DNA of 64,000 nt. It comes from an uncultured Verrucomicrobiae bacterium (GTDB lineage Bacteria > Verrucomicrobiota > Verrucomicrobiia > Chthoniobacterales > UBA10450). The stretch is taken from positions 1,216,001 to 1,280,000 of the forward strand of contig CAVTMK010000002.1 in assembly GCA_963735805.1 (NCBI GenBank), given 5' to 3'. Made by a program: the position numbers and the translations under genes. Under the pieces are notes generated by a model. It ran no database searches and was not told where the DNA came from. It saw only the letters and a list, made by a program, of their open reading frames with translations. This document shows, in pieces, positions 59,494 to 64,000 of the stretch (position 1 is its first letter; every line of letters starts with the position of its first letter).

Positions 59494-59856
59494 TCAAAGA
59501 GGCGTCGATCCTGGAGGCGAGATCGAGCGTCCTGCAAATACCGCTATCAAGAGTAAAGCGTAAGTGACAGCCCTCAACACTGACCACATGATCGAAATGG
59601 CGGCCATTACCGATGCACTCTCGACCGTCGTGTGGCCGCTGTGCCTGACCCATTGTTGCACAGCAGTCTGCCCGACTGGAACGGCAAAACAAAGAACCGC
59701 AGCGAGGCCGAATCCAAGAAGCGCCCACATCGATCCCCTGGAGCCCTCCTTCCACCTCCCGAGAATAACAACGCCAGCCACAAAACAAACGATTAACGTA
59801 GGTAATTGTATCGCAAACATTGAGAGCGACAGTTCAATCTGGTCGATATTATTCAT
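59494..59856 (-). CDS. Hypothetical membrane protein (cassette)
   Basis: Start MNNID; three TM segments. Confidence 0.7.
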   Translation of the reverse strand: MNNIDQIELSLSMFAIQLPTLIVCFVAGVVILGRWKEGSRGSMWALLGFGLAAVLCFAVPVGQTAVQQWVRHSGHTTVESASVMAAISIMWSVLRAVTYALLLIAVFAGRSISPPGSTPL

Positions 59857-59870
59857 AGATGTTCGAGGCG

Positions 59871-59990
59871 ATCTAACGAGAAAGAGATAAGGCACCCCAG
59901 GGCGTCGTGGCAAGAACGCTGAACGTGCGTCGCAATGGGGCCTGCCGGCTCGCGAATCCTTTCGGAGTTGGCTTCATCGATTGGTTAGAT
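59871..59990. other. attC (120 bp): 96-bp type plus 24-bp module at 59943-59966
   Basis: ATCTAAC...GTTAGAT. Confidence 0.85.
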
Positions 59991-60541
59991 CATTTTGGCC
60001 GCAACTCTCTTACAACCGTGTCCGTCTTTTTAAAGACTTCATCGACCGCGGCCGTCTGAACCACAAGTTCATGCCGATGATAATTGCCGTCCGCAAAGTA
60101 GTAAGCAAATGCTGTCGAATCCTTCGTCCGCAACCGCTGGATGGTCGAATTAGTTGGGATGTTGACCCATTGTGCCCCAGGAACCGCGATCCAGAGCAGC
60201 CTTAAGATCTCCAACTCCCACAGTTCTCGATAGGACTCGCTGTTTCTCGCCAAGAGCGACTCCGCCAGCGTGTGTAGCGCCCGGTAGTCGAATGCGACCG
60301 CTCTACCGTCTTTGAACAACGCCGTGATAATGAGATCATCGCTTTGGAACGTGCAGTTCTTGCCAACGTCTATGACGTTGTCATACGCGTTCGACTCCTT
60401 CGGCCCACCCGCACGATCCGGACGGCATGGTCCGTAACGTCGGATTAAATCTTCCTTACTCTGGCCAATCTGCGATAGCCCCTGATGCGTAAAACAAAGC
60501 AACAAACAGCTGATATAGCCGAAGCTCAACGAACGGCGCAT
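59990..60541 (-). CDS. Hypothetical secreted protein (cassette)
   Basis: Start MRRSL; QIGQSKEDLIRRYGP. Confidence 0.7.
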   Translation of the reverse strand: MRRSLSFGYISCLLLCFTHQGLSQIGQSKEDLIRRYGPCRPDRAGGPKESNAYDNVIDVGKNCTFQSDDLIITALFKDGRAVAFDYRALHTLAESLLARNSESYRELWELEILRLLWIAVPGAQWVNIPTNSTIQRLRTKDSTAFAYYFADGNYHRHELVVQTAAVDEVFKKTDTVVRELRPK

Positions 60542-60543
60542 AG

Positions 60544-60639
60544 ACCTAACGAGAATTAGATAAGCCACGGCAGGGTGTCGTGGCAAACGCACTGGACTCA
60601 TTTCGCAGTGGGGCTGTTGGCTTCATCGTTTGGTTAGAT
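60544..60639. other. attC (96 bp)
   Basis: ACCTAAC..GATAAGCCACGGC / GCTGTTGGCTTCATC..GTTAGAT. Confidence 0.92.
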
Positions 60640-60649
60640 GCAAAACCGT

Positions 60650-60913
60650 TCAATCTGCCGAAGAATTCCCATCCGGTTCTCTTCTCTTGCGCATCGCATC
60701 CGCGACGAGAACTGCTGCGAGAACAAAACAAATGACGGCAACGACTACCGCCTGCCACGGATCCATCCAGGCAGCCTTTCCCGCGGGTGGGTAGCGTGGA
60801 ACGAGTACCGTGTGATGCAGGAACGCAAAGCGCGCACGCCAAAGTATGTGAAGCCCGAATAACGCCAAGAGGATTCCGCCAACGAACTGACTGCGGCCAA
60901 GCTTCGCGCTCAT
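60650..60913 (-). CDS. Small membrane protein (cassette)
   Basis: Start MSAKL; two TM segments. Confidence 0.65.
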   Translation of the reverse strand: MSAKLGRSQFVGGILLALFGLHILWRARFAFLHHTVLVPRYPPAGKAAWMDPWQAVVVAVICFVLAAVLVADAMRKRREPDGNSSAD

Positions 60914-60915
60914 GC

Positions 60916-61039
60916 ATCTAACGAGACAGAGCTCAGCCACCGCTGGCGGGAGCGAGCTTTGCTGCGGAGTTTAATGTCGAAGTCATGGAAAAACTAGTCA
61001 TCGGAGCGGCCAGCGGTTGGCTGGAGCGATTGGTTAGGT
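60916..61039. other. attC (124 bp)
   Basis: ATCTAAC..CAGCCACCGCTGGC / GCCAGCGGTTGGCTG..GTTAGGT. Confidence 0.92.
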
Positions 61040-61043
61040 TTCA

Positions 61044-61424
61044 TCATAACGTGAATCGCACAGGCAGCTTAATGAGCGTTTCCTGTTTAGTGAGTGGCGG
61101 ATTTAGCTTAAGAGATCTGTTGTTCCAGTATGAGAGCGATTCAGGTTTAAACCGCCACTCGCGCAAAGCCTTCACTGCTGCGGCGTCCAAAAACCTATCG
61201 CCAGTCGAGCGAGCAATAATAACGTCTACTACACGACCGGTTGAAATCCGAGTACGCAGGAGGAAAAGGCCCGCACCAGAGGAATGGCGATACTGCGCAC
61301 CGAGTGGATAAGTCGGGTACGGGGCGTAAATCGCTACTGCCTTCGGCTCAGGCTGCGCACCTATCGCGTTTTTGGACACGGTCACTATGACTAACAACAG
61401 CGAAAGGACCAGTCGCAGTGTCAT
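61044..61424 (-). CDS. TonB C-terminal domain protein (cassette)
   Basis: P.PTYP..A, STG..FLD.AAVKALREWRFKP, LPVRFTL. Confidence 0.85.
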   Translation of the reverse strand: MTLRLVLSLLLVIVTVSKNAIGAQPEPKAVAIYAPYPTYPLGAQYRHSSGAGLFLLRTRISTGRVVDVIIARSTGDRFLDAAAVKALREWRFKPESLSYWNNRSLKLNPPLTKQETLIKLPVRFTL

Positions 61425-61426
61425 AG

Positions 61427-61523
61427 ACCTAACGAGAAAGAGATAAGCCACGGCAGGGTGTCGTGGCAAGCACGCTGAACGTCATTTCGCCAAGGGGCCG
61501 TTGGCTTCATCGATTGGTTAGAC
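61427..61523. other. attC (97 bp), first cassette
   Basis: ACCTAAC..GATAAGCCACGGC / GCCGTTGGCTTCATC..GTTAGAC with extrahelical C and T on the + (bottom) strand. Confidence 0.93.
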
Positions 61524-62060
61524 CTAGTGGCTTTCCATGCGCGGTAGATCATCATAATCAGTTCGCTGATAATACACATACCAATCGCCTTCAATCGGAA
61601 CCAGGTAGACGTCGTCATGACCGGGGTCTTTATCCAAGTTCTTGACGATCTGGCCGACTCTACTGGGAACTGCTGTCAGGAACTCAATCCCCTTCTCCCA
61701 CCCAGGTCCAATTGACAAGCCAACACCCCCATGAGCACTCGAAAATGCGACCCCAGACCAACCGAAGCCCATTCGCATCTTCGGATCTATCTGCGAAAGC
61801 AGACGAGAGTATTCCGAGCGGCGCGCAACGGGAAGGCTCTCGGCTTCACTGTTCGATGCGATCGTTGCGTCTTCGGTTGCCATCTTCACGAGCGCCTCGA
61901 ACGTCTTGCGATGGGCATGAAATGAATCAATCAAGGCACGATCTGTCGGCATTACGGGTGGGAACAGTCTCGGGTATTCCCATACGAATAAGCCAACCAA
62001 TGCGGCAGCGAGCATCGCCACCGCAACAACTAGAGGCTTGCGCGTGACGAAACGTCGCAT
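61524..62060 (-). CDS. Hypothetical membrane-anchored protein (first cassette)
   Basis: N-terminal TM; PIEGDWYVY; ATG 3 bp after the attI R site. Confidence 0.75.
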   Translation of the reverse strand: MRRFVTRKPLVVAVAMLAAALVGLFVWEYPRLFPPVMPTDRALIDSFHAHRKTFEALVKMATEDATIASNSEAESLPVARRSEYSRLLSQIDPKMRMGFGWSGVAFSSAHGGVGLSIGPGWEKGIEFLTAVPSRVGQIVKNLDKDPGHDDVYLVPIEGDWYVYYQRTDYDDLPRMESH

Positions 62061-62063
62061 CAG

Positions 62064-62130
62064 GTCTAACTATGATTAGGCGAAAGTTCGTAAAACATCA
62101 CGAATTATTTTTCGTCTAATTCTACGTTGC
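62064..62130 (-). other. attI site
   Basis: Minus strand GCCTAAT-CATA-GTTAGAC simple site between the first cassette and intI; upstream limit approximate. Confidence 0.75.
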
Positions 62131-62193
62131 ATTCGCTGCCTGATTTCGTTAAAAGTTTCCGTCGTAGTTCGGAAGAGATCGGAGAGTTTTTAA

Positions 62194-63180
62194 TTGAGCG
62201 CAATTCCAGCAAATGCTGCAGCCGGTCGCAAGCCGAAATTTCTTGATCAACTGCGTGCATTTATGCGCGCACGGCACTACAGCCGGCGCACCGAGCAGGC
62301 TTATGTCGATTGGGTCCGCCGCTTCATTCTCTTTCACTCCAAGCAGCATCCCCGCGAACTGGCCGAAGCAGAGGTTACTGAGTTTCTCACTCACCTGGCC
62401 CTCCAGCGCAATGTATCTGCTTCGACCCAGAACCAGGCTTTCTGTGCACTGTTGTTTTTATACCAACAATTTCTTGAGAAAAAGTTGGGGCGACTGGATG
62501 GCGCATTGCGGGCGAGCAAGCCCGCGCGGCTGCCGGTCGTGTTGAGCCGTGAAGAAGTGCGAACGGTTCTCGGACATGTTCGCCCGCCGTATCGGCTGAT
62601 GATGGAATTGATCTACGGCAGCGGCCTTCGACTATTGGAATGTCTCCGATTGCGAATCAAGGACGTCGATTTTGATTACGGGCGAATCATCGTGCGCGAC
62701 GGCAAAGGCATGAAGGATCGGGTGACGATGCTTCCCGGACGATTGCGTCGGCCCCTGAAAGAGCATTTGGCGCATGCCAAAGCAGTGCATGAACGGGATC
62801 TGCAGTTAGGATTTGGCTCGGTATATCTGCCAGACGCCCTGGGGAGGAAATATCCCAACGCGCACCGCTCCTGGATATGGCAATACGTTTTTCCTGCCGC
62901 AAAAAGATCGGTCGACCCGGTAAGTGGCCGGGTGCAGCGGCACCATTTGTTGGAAAAAAATTTGCAGAACGCTGTGGCGCGGGCGGTGCGAGCGGCAGGA
63001 ATTACGAAGCCGGCAAGCTGTCACACGTTCCGTCATTCTTTTGCGACACATCTGCTCGAAGACGGTTACGATATTCGAACCGTGCAGGAGTTGCTTGGTC
63101 ATAAAGACGTGAGCACGACCATGGTTTACACGCACGTGCTCAGCAAGCCGGGCATCGGCGTAAAGAGTCCGCTGGACTGA
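62194..63180 (+). CDS. intI: Integron integrase
   Basis: [28 protein letters not shown], integron-specific segment [44 protein letters not shown]. Confidence 0.97.
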   Translation: MSAIPANAAAGRKPKFLDQLRAFMRARHYSRRTEQAYVDWVRRFILFHSKQHPRELAEAEVTEFLTHLALQRNVSASTQNQAFCALLFLYQQFLEKKLGRLDGALRASKPARLPVVLSREEVRTVLGHVRPPYRLMMELIYGSGLRLLECLRLRIKDVDFDYGRIIVRDGKGMKDRVTMLPGRLRRPLKEHLAHAKAVHERDLQLGFGSVYLPDALGRKYPNAHRSWIWQYVFPAAKRSVDPVSGRVQRHHLLEKNLQNAVARAVRAAGITKPASCHTFRHSFATHLLEDGYDIRTVQELLGHKDVSTTMVYTHVLSKPGIGVKSPLD

Positions 63181-63237
63181 AATCTCGGTAATAACGAGGC
63201 ACGTCCGCTTCCCGGAATTATGCCAGCGCGCCCGCGA

Positions 63238-64000
63238 TCACACGTCGTAATACATGGCGAACTCATAGGGGTGAGGTCGCAGTCGCAGGGCGTCGTATTC
63301 CTTTTGTTTCATGTCGACCCAGTTCGCGATGAACTCTTCGTTGAAGACGTCGCCGCGTAACAGGAAGGAATGATCGGCCTGGAGCGCTTCAATGGCGCCG
63401 CGAAGTGAATCGGGAACACTGGCCACCTGCGCGAGTTCTTCCGGCGGCAGTTCGTAGAGATTTTTGTCGAGCGGATCGCCGGGGTCCATGCGGTTCTGGA
63501 TTCCGTCGAGACCAGCAAGAAGCATCGCCGAGAAGGCGAGATATGGATTTGCAGCAGCGTCCGGTGTGCGAAATTCGATGCGCTTTGCCTTTGGACTCGG
63601 CGAATAGGTCGGGATCCGTATCGCGGCGGAACGATTACGCGCGGAATACGCCAGATTCACCGGAGCTTCAAACCCGGGGACGAGCCTTTTGTAGCTGTTC
63701 GTGGTTGGATTCGTCAGGCAGGTGAGGGCAGGCGCATGTTTCAAAATTCCGCCGATGAAAAACAGCGCCAGCTCCGACAGGCCAGCGTAACCGTTCCCGG
63801 CAAAGAGCGGTTTCTCGTCTTTCCAAAGCGAAATGTGTGTGTGCATGCCCGATCCGTTGTCGCCGAAGATCGGTTTCGGCATGAACGTCACGGTTTTATT
63901 GTGGCGTTTGCCGACGTTGCGCAGGATGTATTTGTAATACTGCATGTTGTCACCCATGCGTTTGAGCGGCGCGAAACGAATATCGATCTCAGCCTGACCG
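63238..64000 (-). CDS. glnA: Type I glutamine synthetase, 3' part (runs off the window)
   Basis: [45 protein letters not shown]. Confidence 0.96.
   Translation of the reverse strand, partial: GQAEIDIRFAPLKRMGDNMQYYKYILRNVGKRHNKTVTFMPKPIFGDNGSGMHTHISLWKDEKPLFAGNGYAGLSELALFFIGGILKHAPALTCLTNPTTNSYKRLVPGFEAPVNLAYSARNRSAAIRIPTYSPSPKAKRIEFRTPDAAANPYLAFSAMLLAGLDGIQNRMDPGDPLDKNLYELPPEELAQVASVPDSLRGAIEALQADHSFLLRGDVFNEEFIANWVDMKQKEYDALRLRPHPYEFAMYYDV

Larger units (their letters stand above)
33344..63180. mobile_element. Sedentary chromosomal integron: intI, attI and ~29-kb cassette array on the minus strand
   Basis: IntI plus more than 20 RYYTAAC...GTTAGRY sites alternating with co-oriented ORFs; distal boundary uncertain. 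Confidence 0.92.

Noticed and set aside
62085..62098. LexA box upstream of intI (AGTTCGTAAAACA)
   Set aside because: Mismatches and wrong spacing relative to TGTTC-N4-GAACA; not supportable by eye.

Overview
Bacterial chromosomal window; a Verrucomicrobiota (Chthoniobacterales-like) host is inferred from gene style only. The left ~33 kb is mostly housekeeping and accessory genes (MBOAT, S9 peptidase, orphan dltD-like gene, glgB, xseA, ruvB, purH, rpoZ, smpB, thpR, MFS, carbonic anhydrase). It also holds tRNA-Pro(CGG) followed by three identical 308-bp units, each encoding a small GIY-YIG nuclease and ending in an anticodon-less tRNA mimic. The right ~30 kb is a sedentary integron: intI (62194-63180, next to glnA), attI near 62064 and a minus-strand cassette array whose attC sites are mostly intact near attI and decay toward ~33 kb. 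The most unusual signal is that several attC sites are inflated from 96-124 bp to 167-566 bp by a family of 71-80 bp elements (5'-AT(G/C)GAG...TCA-3'). These elements insert without target duplication, always on the attC bottom strand, and nest inside one another. All calls are from reading the sequence by eye; no searches or folding were run.
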